Below, one piece after another: positions 1 through 11,262 of a DNA stretch of 64,000 nucleotides. Location: assembly GCA_049999805.1 (NCBI GenBank), contig JBNGIO010005869.1, positions 1 to 64,000 on the forward strand. Reading direction: 5' to 3'. The stretch's first letter is position 1; each line of letters opens with the position of its first letter. Both the position numbers and the translations under genes were made by a program. The DNA comes from Folioceros fuciformis. Taxonomy: Eukaryota. The notes under the pieces are model-generated. The model did no database searches. It was not told the origin of the DNA and was given only the letters and a program-made list of their open reading frames with translations.

Positions 1-1
1 C

Positions 2-439
2 GCCAACAAGGGGCTGAGCCAAGACGACCTGGTCACGCTCTCCGGAGCCCACACAATCGGGCAGGCACGCTGCAGCGTGGTCCGGGCCTTCAGATTTTCA
101 CCGCTGGACCCGACCCTGGACCCGGCCTTCGCCAAGAAACTCCAGGCTCAGTGTCCTGCATCCAGTGCCAACGGTGACTCTCGCATCTTCATGGACTCCA
201 AATCCCCCAAGACTTTCGACAACGGCTACTACAAAGGCCTGGTAGCTGACAAGGGGCTCTTCCGTTCCGACCAAACGCTCTACGATGATTCCGCTACTCG
301 CCATACCGTTCTCGAGTACAGTCGGAATCCGCACTTGTTTGCCTCCAAGTTTGTGGAAGCCATGGGAAAGTTGGCCGCCATCGATGTCAAGACTGGCGAG
401 GAAGGAGAGATCCGCCTGAACTGTCACCGCATCAATTAG
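2..439 (+). CDS. Class III secretory peroxidase, 3' part (gene begins before the window)
   Basis: Frame from nt 2 reads ANKGLSQDDLVTLSGAHTIGQARC (proximal heme His motif) ...FDNGYYKGL...GLFRSDQTL...GEIRLNCHRIN*. Confidence 0.95.
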   Translation, partial: ANKGLSQDDLVTLSGAHTIGQARCSVVRAFRFSPLDPTLDPAFAKKLQAQCPASSANGDSRIFMDSKSPKTFDNGYYKGLVADKGLFRSDQTLYDDSATRHTVLEYSRNPHLFASKFVEAMGKLAAIDVKTGEEGEIRLNCHRIN

Positions 440-1176
440 ACACCAAACATCTTGCCCTCCAGAGCCTTGGGTTGTGACCACACAGTGCTGTTTCTTTCTT
501 CCATGTCGACAGTGAAGAACAAAACCTGTCCATCGACGGGAGGAACATGGGCATACCTGCACAATTTCCAAGGATATTTCAACTTTCAATTCAGAATATT
601 CCCATAACATTAATGGGTAGCCAAGGGCTAAGTTATTCAAGTCTACGTAGTTGCTACTCCTTAATATGTAATACTAACCGTCCGATAAATCTTATTGCTA
701 TGATATCCTTGTGCGTATTAGTGAGATAGCAAGCGTCTCCTGGGCTGAAAATGGAACAAAGCGTTTTCCCAGGCGTCACGTCGCACAGCCCTGCTGCAAA
801 AGGTGTTCATGAGCGGGAGAATTTGATCTTCCCGTTGATGTTAGACGGCCCCATCTTTTCAAATTCCGATGCTTACTCTGGCAATCCATGGATTGTGCTT
901 GGACATGCTACCTGCGGTAGCAAAGCAGAGAGTCTGGGGGATTTGCAGAGAGCATTCCATAAGTATAGTTGCCCACAAGCAGAATCTTAAGGTGTTTACA
1001 ACTGTGAAATGTGCTCTCGACCAGGACTGAGAATTGGCGGGTGCCTTTCTGCGGATGGTGTTCCATTATTGGTGTATCCCGGTATGATGTACAGGCAGCT
1101 TGAATGTTGTGCGCCAATTTGTTGGCAACCTCTTCTGAGTAGTCTCTGACTCCTGCAGATCGGGTTCCGCCGCAAG

Positions 1177-1662
1177 GGTGCGACGCCTGTGTACTCCTCG
1201 ACTCCACAGGCTGTCAACAGCAAACGGAGGAGACAGACGGGCAGCTGGCAAAGAACGGGAGCCTCCGAGGTTCGGAGTCCTGGACGCGGCCGAGTCCGAA
1301 CTCGAAGCCCAGTGCCCGGGTGTGGTCTCCTGTGCGGACCTTGTTGTCTTCGCTTCTCGCGACAGCCAATGCATTACACGTGGACGCGTGTTAAGTTGTC
1401 ACCGGGCGATCACAAGGTTTGTTCCTTCCGATCCCGAGACTGACGGTCGACAGCTTGAAATGCTTGAATGGTTACATAGTGGGGGGACCCTGGTACTACG
1501 TTCCCGCGGGGAGGAGGTGCGACGCAGTGTCGCTGGTGTCGCAGACGGCACTCCTGCCCAGCCCAGGGCTGGCCGCGGCTCAGTTCGTTGCCAAATGGGA
1601 CTGAGCCAAGAGGACCTTGCGGCGCCCTCCGGAGCCCACACAATCGAGCAGGCAAGGTCCTG
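1177..1662 (+). pseudogene. Degenerate tandem copy of class III peroxidase
   Basis: Fragments GCDACVLLDST, FGVLDAAESELEAQCPGVVSCADLVVFASRDS, GGPWYYVPAGRR and GLSQEDLAAPSGAHTIEQAR lie in different frames. 1599-1657 closely matches 12-70. The copy is truncated after the proximal His. Confidence 0.85.
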
Positions 1663-2650
1663 GAGGATGCCACATATTTTATTTATGACCTAAATAAAAC
1701 GGATAATGATTACTTGACAGATAATGAGGGCAGTTCTACTCCACGCGGTATATGCCAGGACGAAATGTTGTTAGAGCATCTTTCTGGCATCTCTCGAAGT
1801 ATATTACTTGTGCCTCCGTAACAAGCATCGGTACATCGAACCGGCGATCCAAGGTGCGTAGCAAAAAAAATTGATTTGATATCCCCCCCAAAAGGTCGCA
1901 GAAATCCTTGCGACGGGCCCGATGATACGCCTTCCACCGCATCTTGGATTCCTGCAACCCGATACTGAAAAATCCAGTTGATCCGCGCTCTCAAATGCAG
2001 TAGAAAAGGTCCAATCCAGCCTTGCCACAGCGCCCTCGCATCCGTCTCCTTCATCCAGAGCTTGCCCTCTCATTCTTGCACAATGACGAAGCTGACGTCA
2101 AGCCAGCTCAGGCCAAGTGCAAGCAGCCATGTCTGCATCTTCCCGTACCCACATACCTGCAACTTGATCTGCAACATGACCTGCAACACGGGCTACATAG
2201 CAGAAGCTTTAGTCCTCCAGACAGACTTGTTTTGCGAAAGGCAGCAACCTGGACTCTGATTAGCAGCTTATTAGCAGAATCCGGGCCCCGGGGACTTTGC
2301 TATAACTCAGTGCCAGGCTGCCAAAAATGTGAGCTTCCAAGAAGTGGGGAACGAGGAGTAGAAAGAAGACCACGTCTTGCTGCAACTTTAGGGTTTACCT
2401 CAAACGTTGAGATCAGAATTCGGAGTAAGCGAGAAGGGTACTTGGACCAATCTCAGTGCTCGGATATCCACAGGAGTTGGTGATCAGGCGAGTGCGTGTT
2501 GATCCTGCCATGGCACATTGCGAGGATAAGCTTGTACTGCCAGCAGAGCAGTGGCAGCCTCAGCACTGCCCGGCATTGTGCTTGCGCGTGCCCGTGTGCA
2601 GGCTGTCCGTGATGCTGCCCGGGCTGCGGCGTATCTGAGGAGGCCTCGCC

Positions 2651-4609
2651 ATGCCCTGCCACGCCGGATTCTCGCCTGCGGGGCCTGGAGCCGCAGCAGC
2701 AGGTGCAGCGGCTTGTCTCCGGCAACGTGGGGGCAGGCCGGACAGGGTATGCCTGCCGTGTGGCATTGGTTTGGATACCAGGGTTTGGAGGAGCATTGAT
2801 GTAAGTGCTGGTGCGGTGGGAATTGCGCGCAGGCAGCTGGAGCGGAAGCGTCTGTTGAGCAGCGCAGGCAAGCTTGAGTTTCCGGTCTGGTGCGCTGCTG
2901 TTGAAAATCCCGTGCTGGCCGAGTCTGCGTGCGATGCTCTCACTTCCTTGCAAGAAGCCTTGGAGGTGAACGGCAGGGTTGACAGCGGCAGCAGCAGTAG
3001 TCTTCTTGATCACTCTGACTGGAGTAGCAGGGGTGCTGATGAGCAAGTGGGCCATGTCGCAGCTCCGCCGTCGGCAGCCCGAGTGGTGGAAGGAGGGGCA
3101 GGTGATCGGAGTGGCGGCGCCCGCGGTGGATGTGAGGAAGCAGATACTCATGTTGCAGGCACAGGATCCGAAGCAGAGGACAGGGCCGGTACTCTTGGCG
3201 GATGTGAGCCTGCTGATGCTGATGCTGTTCCTTCTTACTTGCGGAGAGTAGGTCATGGTGCCGGCCAAGCCACCTCGGCCTCCCCGCAGTTGCAGTTTGT
3301 GCAGTCCGGCATCAATGCGAGGGAACTGAGCGAGAGTGTGGCGAGGGTGGCAGGAGCTGCCGTAGACGAGGACGGCAGGGAGTGGACGCAGCCAAGCTAT
3401 TCGCGGGACTGTGAGGGAGGCGCGGATGGCACGGGCAAGCTGGCCGCCCCCGCCCTGTCCCCGGCTAGGGCCGGTGCCGGGGCGATGTTGTACAGGTCTG
3501 AAGAGGAGAGCAAGATCGTAGGCACGGCCTGGGAAAAGCTGGTGCGATGGTCCCGTTCGTGGCAAACTTTGAACGCCAGGAGGGAGTCCCACGCCTTGCG
3601 CACCACCAAGAAGGTGGCAGTGCTGGGAGGCGGGTCCTTCGGCACGGCCATGGCGGTTATGCTGGCCCGGAATAAGACGGAGATGCAGGTGACGATGCTG
3701 CTGCGGGATCCTGAGGTTTGCCATGCCATCAACCAGCGGCATGTGAACCCCAGGTACTTCCCACGGCACACTCTGCCGGCCAATGTGGTGGCCACCACGG
3801 AGGCGCGGGAGGCCCTGGGGGGCGCGGAGTACTGCATCCACGCCGTGCCGGTGCAGCATAGCGGCGCCTTCCTGCGTGGCATTGCGGAGCATGTGCCGTC
3901 CAGCCTCCCCATCCTTTCGGTGAGTAAGGGGCTTGAGCTGAAGACGCTGGAGATGATGTCGCAGGTGATCCCGCGCGCCCTGGGCAACCCACGGCAGCCG
4001 GTGGCCGTGCTCTCAGGCCCGTCCTTCTCTATCGAGCTTATGGACGAGCTTCCCACGGCCATGGTGGCGGCCTCGAAGGACAAGGATCTGGCGCGCGCCG
4101 CGCAGCAGCTGCTGGCGTCGCGTTACTTGCGGGTGAGCACCTCCAGCGACGTGGTGGGCGTGGAGATGGCGGGCGCGCTGAAGAATGTGCTGGCCATCGC
4201 TGCCGGGATCGTGGAAGGCATGAATCTGGGCAACAACTGCATGGCCGCCCTTGTGGCTCAGGGGTGCTCGGAGATTCGATGGCTCGCCGAGAAGATGGGC
4301 GCCAAGGGCGCCACCCTGGCGGGGCTATCGGGCACCGGGGACATCATGCTCACCTGTTTCGTCAAGCTCTCGCGCAACCGATCCGTGGGTGTCCGCCTGG
4401 GCTCCGGGGAGAAGCTGGACGACATTCTGGCGTCTATGAGTCAGGTGGCGGAGGGGGTTGCAACCGCCGGTGCCGTTATCGCCCTCGCGCGCAAGTACCG
4501 TGTGCAGATGCCTGTCCTCACAGCCGTGGCGAGGATTCTCGACAACCAGCTCACTCCTAAGACAGCCGTGTTGGCCCTCATGAGCCTGCCACAGGTGGAG
4601 GAAGTCTGA
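2651..4609 (+). CDS. GLY1: Plastid NAD(P)-dependent glycerol-3-phosphate dehydrogenase (GLY1/SFD1-like), single exon, long N-terminal extension
   Basis: KVAVLGGGSFGTAMA Rossmann motif, SVSKGLE, LSGPSF, GALKNVLAIAAG, GLSGTGDIMLTC..LSRNR, C-terminal LMSLPQVEEV. Transit-peptide-like start. The true start codon is uncertain. Confidence 0.9.
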   Translation: MPCHAGFSPAGPGAAAAGAAACLRQRGGRPDRVCLPCGIGLDTRVWRSIDVSAGAVGIARRQLERKRLLSSAGKLEFPVWCAAVENPVLAESACDALTSLQEALEVNGRVDSGSSSSLLDHSDWSSRGADEQVGHVAAPPSAARVVEGGAGDRSGGARGGCEEADTHVAGTGSEAEDRAGTLGGCEPADADAVPSYLRRVGHGAGQATSASPQLQFVQSGINARELSESVARVAGAAVDEDGREWTQPSYSRDCEGGADGTGKLAAPALSPARAGAGAMLYRSEEESKIVGTAWEKLVRWSRSWQTLNARRESHALRTTKKVAVLGGGSFGTAMAVMLARNKTEMQVTMLLRDPEVCHAINQRHVNPRYFPRHTLPANVVATTEAREALGGAEYCIHAVPVQHSGAFLRGIAEHVPSSLPILSVSKGLELKTLEMMSQVIPRALGNPRQPVAVLSGPSFSIELMDELPTAMVAASKDKDLARAAQQLLASRYLRVSTSSDVVGVEMAGALKNVLAIAAGIVEGMNLGNNCMAALVAQGCSEIRWLAEKMGAKGATLAGLSGTGDIMLTCFVKLSRNRSVGVRLGSGEKLDDILASMSQVAEGVATAGAVIALARKYRVQMPVLTAVARILDNQLTPKTAVLALMSLPQVEEV

Positions 4610-4851
4610 CAAAGTGTTACACTCCTCATTTTTCCTTGTGCCATACTCTCCTTCCCTCAGTCCCTGCCCCCTCCATGAGTTGCCCTGGCATTTGCACTCA
4701 CGTGGACTCCTATCCTTTTTCTCCTTGGCGTTGAACAATGCAACCATGGTCTTCCTGTACACACTGTAGCAAGGGCAAGCACCGCCAGGAATGCAGCAAA
4801 ATTACATTCCAGGAGGAATGCGGAAAACCTTTCACCCGATGATGCCTTGAA

Positions 4852-4985
4852 CCTTACTGAGATTTCAGAGTCGGTGACTGAAACGTCAGACTTGGTGACT
4901 GCGACTGCCGAATTGATTACTGCCAATTCAGAGTTGGTGACCGCGGATCTGGAATTGGTGACTGCGAATCCAGTATTGTGATTTG
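4852..4985. repeat. Degenerate 21-bp tandem repeat (~6 units)
   Basis: GGTGACTG-like core recurs at 4873, 4894, 4915, 4936 and 4957. Confidence 0.75.
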
Positions 4986-5081
4986 CAGCTGGCAATTAGC
5001 CACCCCAGTGGAATTGTCAAGTGATTTCGATATGAAAGTGATTTCCAAAACTATTTACAGTACGGTTGAGGAAACAGTTGA

Positions 5082-6097
5082 TCAGCGCAGCAAAGGAGCT
5101 ACTTCTGTCACGTAAGATTGCGCTAGCAGTTCCCCCAGCTGAGCCTGGCCCTTGGTGCTAAGATACACCCCATCGGGCTGCAATTCAAGACCTTCAGCGT
5201 CGACAAAGTAGACTCCTGGCAAGGACGAAACGATCGACCTTTGTGAGCCTCGAACGGTTTGGTACAGCAACTCCACATCAGTAGCAGCCGTAATCCCAAC
5301 CTGCAACCCGACGCCATCCGCTTCATTATTTGCAATTCTCATCAAATCACGAGGCATCTAAAATTCATCATAGGTTAGGTTCAGGGGACAGGCATACATA
5401 CCACAAAAACAGGCACGTTGATATCCAAGTCTGCTCTGAAGCTGGTGATCATACTCTGCAACCTTTCCTGATACAACGAGGCCTCGACTGGTAATCTGGC
5501 ATCGCTCTCGCCCCCGTACCAGATCAGCGATGTGATGCGGCCTCCTAACGCAGTGGAAGCCTCGGCCCGCCTCACCATGATCTCGTAGACCGGCTCTCCC
5601 TTCTGCCAATCACTCATTATGCTGTTGGAGACTGCGCACGGCACAAGGCCGACTCTGGAGCTGGGAGGGAGGCGCTGGCTTTTTGCCACAGCGGCGCCAA
5701 AAGATAGTCCCGGCCCAACCCCCACCGCGCCGTAGCTGAGATCGATGCCCTGGTGCAGAGGCTCCCGGGCGTCCTCCCATTCCAGGAACTCGGTCAGACG
5801 CAACACAGTTCCCCCTGGATATACATCCTCCAAGGGAACGACCCTATCCCACATCCCCAAGCGCACACCGCCTCGCCCCACCATGTTGTATTGTCCCGCC
5901 AGGACCACCACCTCAATTAGGCCTTGCTCTTCTTCACCTGCTAGTAGACACGTGACTCTCAACAGTTAGTACCATAAGGAGCTTATTAATTGGTAGATCT
6001 TCCTGGTGGAAGTCGTTGGTTGAATCTCACTACCTTTCGCAGCTGGTGCATGCAGAATTGCTGTTATGAGGATCAAAATTGGGAGGGGTGATGCCAT
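5082..6097 (-). CDS. Secreted SGNH/CE6-type carbohydrate esterase homolog (At4g34215-like), 3 exons, catalytic residues substituted
   Basis: Exons ~6097-6034 (signal peptide MASPLPILILITAILHAPAAK), 5937-5402 and 5300-5082. Motifs LAGQYNMVGRGG, AREPLH, GVGPG, GLVPCA, WYGGESD, DGVYL. Confidence 0.85.
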
Positions 6098-6752
6098 CTT
6101 GCAGCCTTGCCGATACGCTGAAGGAGTCAGAGCACGGCGCTCATGAGCCCCACAATTTTGTCATGAACATTGCGTTGTCGCAAAACAAAGGTTTTTTGTA
6201 AGTTTCACTCACTTTGAAGTTTGGTCATCGACATTTGAGTACCATTTCCAAGACGGAATAAACATAGGAAACGTGGTCTCTTGGACTGTGATCCTGGATA
6301 CACCCCGGCAAGCTTAGCCTAAAAACGTCTGTTGTGTGCGGGTTTGTTGTCTGCTGGAGAATACATACAGTATGTTGTAGCAGCATTCGTCCCATGGTCG
6401 TCGATTGCTAGGGGTAAACTTAACACATGATGTCCTCAACTCAGATTACTTACCATGTGAATGACCAGCCAGGAGAAAGTATGGTGTTGTGGCGAGTGCG
6501 CTTCACTTTGTTCGATTGATCACAATGTTTACATCACAGAAATCAGCAGTCAATGACATGCTATGGTGTGGATGACGCATCTTGCACGGTAGTGTAAGAG
6601 CAATGAAAGACCGCAAACCAGGGAGATTTCAATGTGCTTCGACAAGAGCGATGGACCATTTTTTATTGCGAAAGATGTTTACTCTACAGAGATCTCATGT
6701 TAGTGTGGATGACAGAGTAACAGAGCAAGTCGGAGCTGCAGCCGTGAAGAAA

Positions 6753-7800
6753 TTAGCTAAACAGTGGAATAGCGTACTGGATGTATGCTTGCGCTAACTT
6801 GAGACCCAGCTGAGTCGCACCCGTGGTGGTGAGATGCAGTCCATCCGGCCCAAGATCCAGGCCCTCTGCATCCACGAAGACGGTGTTACGCAAGGTCCGC
6901 ACCACCGATAGCTGCGCCTCCCTAACCGCGTGGTAAGTGGGTGACGCGTTTCTCATGGTGATGCCAACCTGCCAGTAAGAGCGATCATGTACAACATTAA
7001 TTTATATGCCCGTGTGACGCCACATTCTTGCAGCGAAAGACCAACAATAATGTGCACCAACTTACGATGAAGACAGGTAGATATTTGAGATACAGATCGG
7101 CTCTCAAGTCGGTGATCATTTTCTCCAGTCTGTGCTGGTAGAGTTGCGCTTCCTCCGGGCTCGAGGAATCGGCTTCACCTTGGTACCAGAGCAGGGCGGT
7201 GACACGGCTACCTGATGACAAAGTGGCCTTGGCCCGGCGTACCATGATTTCGTACAGAGGCTGCCCCTTCTCCCAGTCCCGCATCCCTGAGCCCCCGATT
7301 GCGCACGGGACCAGACCGAGTGCAGCTGCTTGACGCAGTTTCCTGCTTCTGGCCACAGTGGCCCCGAACACCAGGCCGGGCCCGACCCCCATCGTGCCCT
7401 CGTCGAGGCCCTCGTGCAGAGGCTCTTGTGCTTCCACCCACTGCAGATCTCGTGACAGTTTCAACACCGATCCCTCTGGATATTCGCACTCAGCCGGGAC
7501 GACGCCGTCCCAGACCCCGTTGCTCACTCCGCCCCTCCCTGACATGTTGCTCTGCCCCGCCAGGAGCACGGCTTCAATCACCTTGAAATTGTCACCTGAT
7601 TACAATCGATGCAAGACAGCGTCAGTGCGCGTACACTTGACTTAATTTCTGCTGGTAGTGGTCGTGCTTATGGCTACGGAAACCCCCCAGTCCCAACTCC
7701 CAATTGGGAAATGCTGGTGATTGCCCTTGCCCTACTCACCTCGTACTGGTGCAAGAACAAGTGTAAGCAAGAGGAACACGATGGGCGTGGGTGCTGCCAT
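6753..7800 (-). CDS. Secreted SGNH/CE6-type carbohydrate esterase (At4g34215-like), 3 exons
   Basis: Exons 7800-7740 (MAAPTPIVFLLLTLVLAPVR), 7595-7066 and 6968-6753. Canonical GQSNM, GLVPCAIGG, WYQGEAD and DGLHL motifs. Confidence 0.92.
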
Positions 7801-8486
7801 CCTGATCCTGCCCCGGCCTCCAAGGTTCGCGATTGTGGCAGGCTCAGGTGCAGATTTATTCAATTTGTTCTAGTTGCTCGTCACCTTCCGCCGGGCTCGC
7901 TGGCCAATGGCAACACGCTGCGCGCACCGAGGCAGAATAAGCATAATTTTGTAAGCATAACAACATGCATCCTTGTTTGTTGGAATAAGCCCTCTAACCA
8001 AAGCTTTTTTGGTAGTTTACGAACCTCTTTCACATGATGTCTCAAGAGAATGGTCGGGAAGGTACGTGTCTCCTGCATCTACAATGAGTATCCTGGTGAT
8101 ATTGGTTGGATCCACGAAATGAATTAAAATTAAAATTATACGTAAATCCATAGCTTTATTTCGGTCACGGGAGAAGTTAAGGACCCAATAACTTGATTGA
8201 GGCAACCCCAGAAAACCTTTTTTCTTTTTATTTCATCTTCGCCCCCAAACTTGGGGAAAAAAGAACATTGTGTATAAAGAAATGGTTTTAAGCCTCTAGT
8301 CAAACCCTAAAAATTTACACAAGGAAACAGAACATTGAATTCTTATAATTAATTTTAAAAAATATGTTGTACTCCCTTTTACTATGTCTTTAATATTTAT
8401 TACATCTTATATTAAAAACGTGAGGATATTATTCTAAATTATAGACTAATTCAGATATGAAGTGTCATAATCATAGCAGTTCACAT

Positions 8487-8735
8487 ATAGAGAACATAAA
8501 GGATTCCAATCTTTTCGACAACCCTATAAAATTTTGGATAAAAAAACAAAACAAAAACCTTCAAGCATACAAATCTAAGAGAACATAAAAGGATTTCCAT
8601 CTCCACAACAACACTATAGAACTTTGGCCGAAAAAAGAAAAAACTTCATGCATACAAATCGTAGAGAACATAAGGATTTTAATCTTTTTAATAACAATAT
8701 AAAACTTCCAATAGAAAAGAAAAACTTCAAGCTAT
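8487..8735. repeat. AT-rich degenerate ~85-90-bp tandem repeat (3 units) in an AT-rich island
   Basis: AGAGAACATAA(A)GGATT..AATCT...CAA...TATA recurs at ~8489, ~8578 and ~8663. Confidence 0.7.
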
Positions 8736-11262
8736 AGCAGTCTTAAAGTTCAGGTGTTGTACATGCTATTAGCATATTATAGTTAATTTCAAAACATTTT
8801 AATTTCATATTTTTAGTATTTAATTTTATTTATTTTTTGATAAAATATCATTTATTGTCAAAGGTAAAATAACTTTAGGACTCCAAGTTTGACCTAAAAT
8901 TGTGTATTATATACATCACTCAAGTATGAAATGTCTTAAGATATTTAAAAATAAAAGAAAAGTTTTAGACCACACCTAAACATGATTTTGCGGAGATGTG
9001 GTAGAAGGAGGTCGACAAGTCCCCCAAGGCCACACGAATCACTGGCATTAAAAGTCAATCCCGGCCACAAAAGGACCCACAATTTACTGCTTTATCAAAG
9101 CAAATTCATTTTTATTCAAATTAAATTACTAAATTTCAAAAACAATTCAGAACCCACAGAGCTTGCAGACTTGGACAAGGTATNNNNNNNNNNNNNNNNN
9201 NNNNNNNNNNNNNNNNNNNNNNNNNNNNNNNNNNNNNNNNNNNNNNNNNNNNNNNNNNNNNNNNNNNNNNNNNNNNNNNNNNNTGTACCACAATGAAAAT
9301 GGCCCTTCATTAGTGAAGGATTTCTTCCATCACCTATAAGGGTCAGAGTTTTGCTAGTGCCGTAGAATATTATGAAATTGGAAGAGGTGGCCTCCATGAT
9401 CATATTGTCTTCAATGCAATTGCCTTATGGCGGTAAGGCCACACAACCCGCTCAACTGCGTCTTTCGCTCGCACAAGAAGATTCGCCATCTTCTTTGCAT
9501 TGAGGGTGGCTACCGATCGCGCACGCACATCACACCGGGTTTGACATTTGAATATAGTCATTAGCAAGGTGATTCATAGGCGCCTTTGTCACTCGAAACT
9601 TGGGTAGGCCATTGCCGCACTTGTGATCGCCTGTCCTCTGAGCCATCCGAGCGGGAGCTACGTCGTGTCAAGGACATAAACCTCCTGTCCATCCAGTGGG
9701 GGTTGTCATAGCGATTACCCGTGTTTGCTTGAATTTGGTTGCCGAACCAACCGAGACCCACAGCTTTGAAGCATGCCATCGGAGGAAAGGCCAGAGCGTA
9801 GGTAGCACCTACATATAGTGCACGATAATGCAGATGCCACCCTCGGGGATTGGAGGATGGATGATGATGATAACACCCTCGTCTTCCAGGTCGCTCCTCC
9901 ATCAGTGCATGTGCCAGCTCCTTCCAGCACTGGCCCATCAACGCCTAGCACCTCTTCATCGAGCACCATCTGCAGCACTGCAGATGGTCTTGCTTTGCTG
10001 CAGGTTCCCGCAGCCAACGCTAGGTATCGCCCATGGGCAATTCACCGTTCTCGGGAGGTTGAAATGCCACAGCCTACTAGATCAGTCGTCTCGTTGCGCC
10101 AGCGGGAGACCTGTGCGCCAACTCTAATTTGCCCCCTACCGCTAGACGTTGACACGATGAGGGCCGCCTCCTGCAATATTCCCGTCACTCTGCGTAGAAA
10201 TCATGGGATAGGTGCCACTGGATCATATAGACGGTTGCGTGCTTTGTGTGATTCACCCACGTTGGGACGTGTTCACCTCAAGAAATTGAAGGATCATAGT
10301 GCCTAGCAACCGCATTTACGCAACAATCCCTTTAGGGCATGCATCCAGCGGGAGTCGCAGGCTTGGCCGGCGAATCACTCTTGCGCAGTGCACCGTGGTC
10401 GAGCTACATGTTCCCTCAACAATGCCAGTGGGAGCAACATACGATGGCTCGAACCTTTGAGACGGGCACTGTCGCAGCAAAAATTGTTGATGCAATTGCA
10501 CGTTTGTTCCACTTGCCACGAAAGCTCCCTACAACCGGGATGCTTCATTGAGCGCCTCCAAAGGCAAGCAGCACGCACCTCACCAATGGCGATTCTATCG
10601 AATGAGCCTCTTATTTTCCCCCCTGGCAGCATCGCGTCTTAGAGTGCTCACCAGTTGCAGTCTCAGTTGCTGTACGTTTGGAACACTTCAATGCACATGA
10701 CTGAACACATGGTGCAGGCACACAAGGAGAAGGCTGGTGTTTTGTCCTTTGACGTTGCTCCGTGCGACATGGGTGGAGATCAGGACGACGACGATTGCAC
10801 GGATGAGGAGGACCAACCGCCTAGACTTGTCTCCGTTGGCTCAGGGGATAGAGGGCATCCTATCGAGTTGAGGGGAGAGGCATCCCCTAACCTTAGTGGC
10901 ACCGACCTCACTAGAGACGAAGATTGTTGTATCGTGGCTCCATGGCCACAAAGTCGCTTTACGGCCCCTCTATTGGGAGTGCAAAATAATCCAGGCCGCG
11001 TTTTAGCTGTGGAAGATGTGGAATGTGTGGGGCCTGAGAGGCCTGTAGAGACGTACGATTGTCTTGAGAATGCCTGGCAAATTGCTGCCCGTCAACAAGA
11101 GCAAGCAAAGCAGGCTGCCACCCATGTCCCGCTAAGAAGAAAGAAGAAGCACTATGACCTTGAGTCCACATCGTTTTTTACAATGGTGGATGAAGCACGG
11201 GCACGAGAAGGGGAGGTCGGTGGGAACGAAGAGCACGCTACAGTGTTGGTAAGCTGCAATTT

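Noticed and set aside
2453-3892. 479-aa minus-strand ORF
   Set aside because: Antisense shadow of the GC-rich GPDH ORF with no recognisable motifs.
9426-9450. TATGGC as the left TIR of the large transposon
   Set aside because: Only 6 bp match the TIR family and no TSD pairs with any right end.
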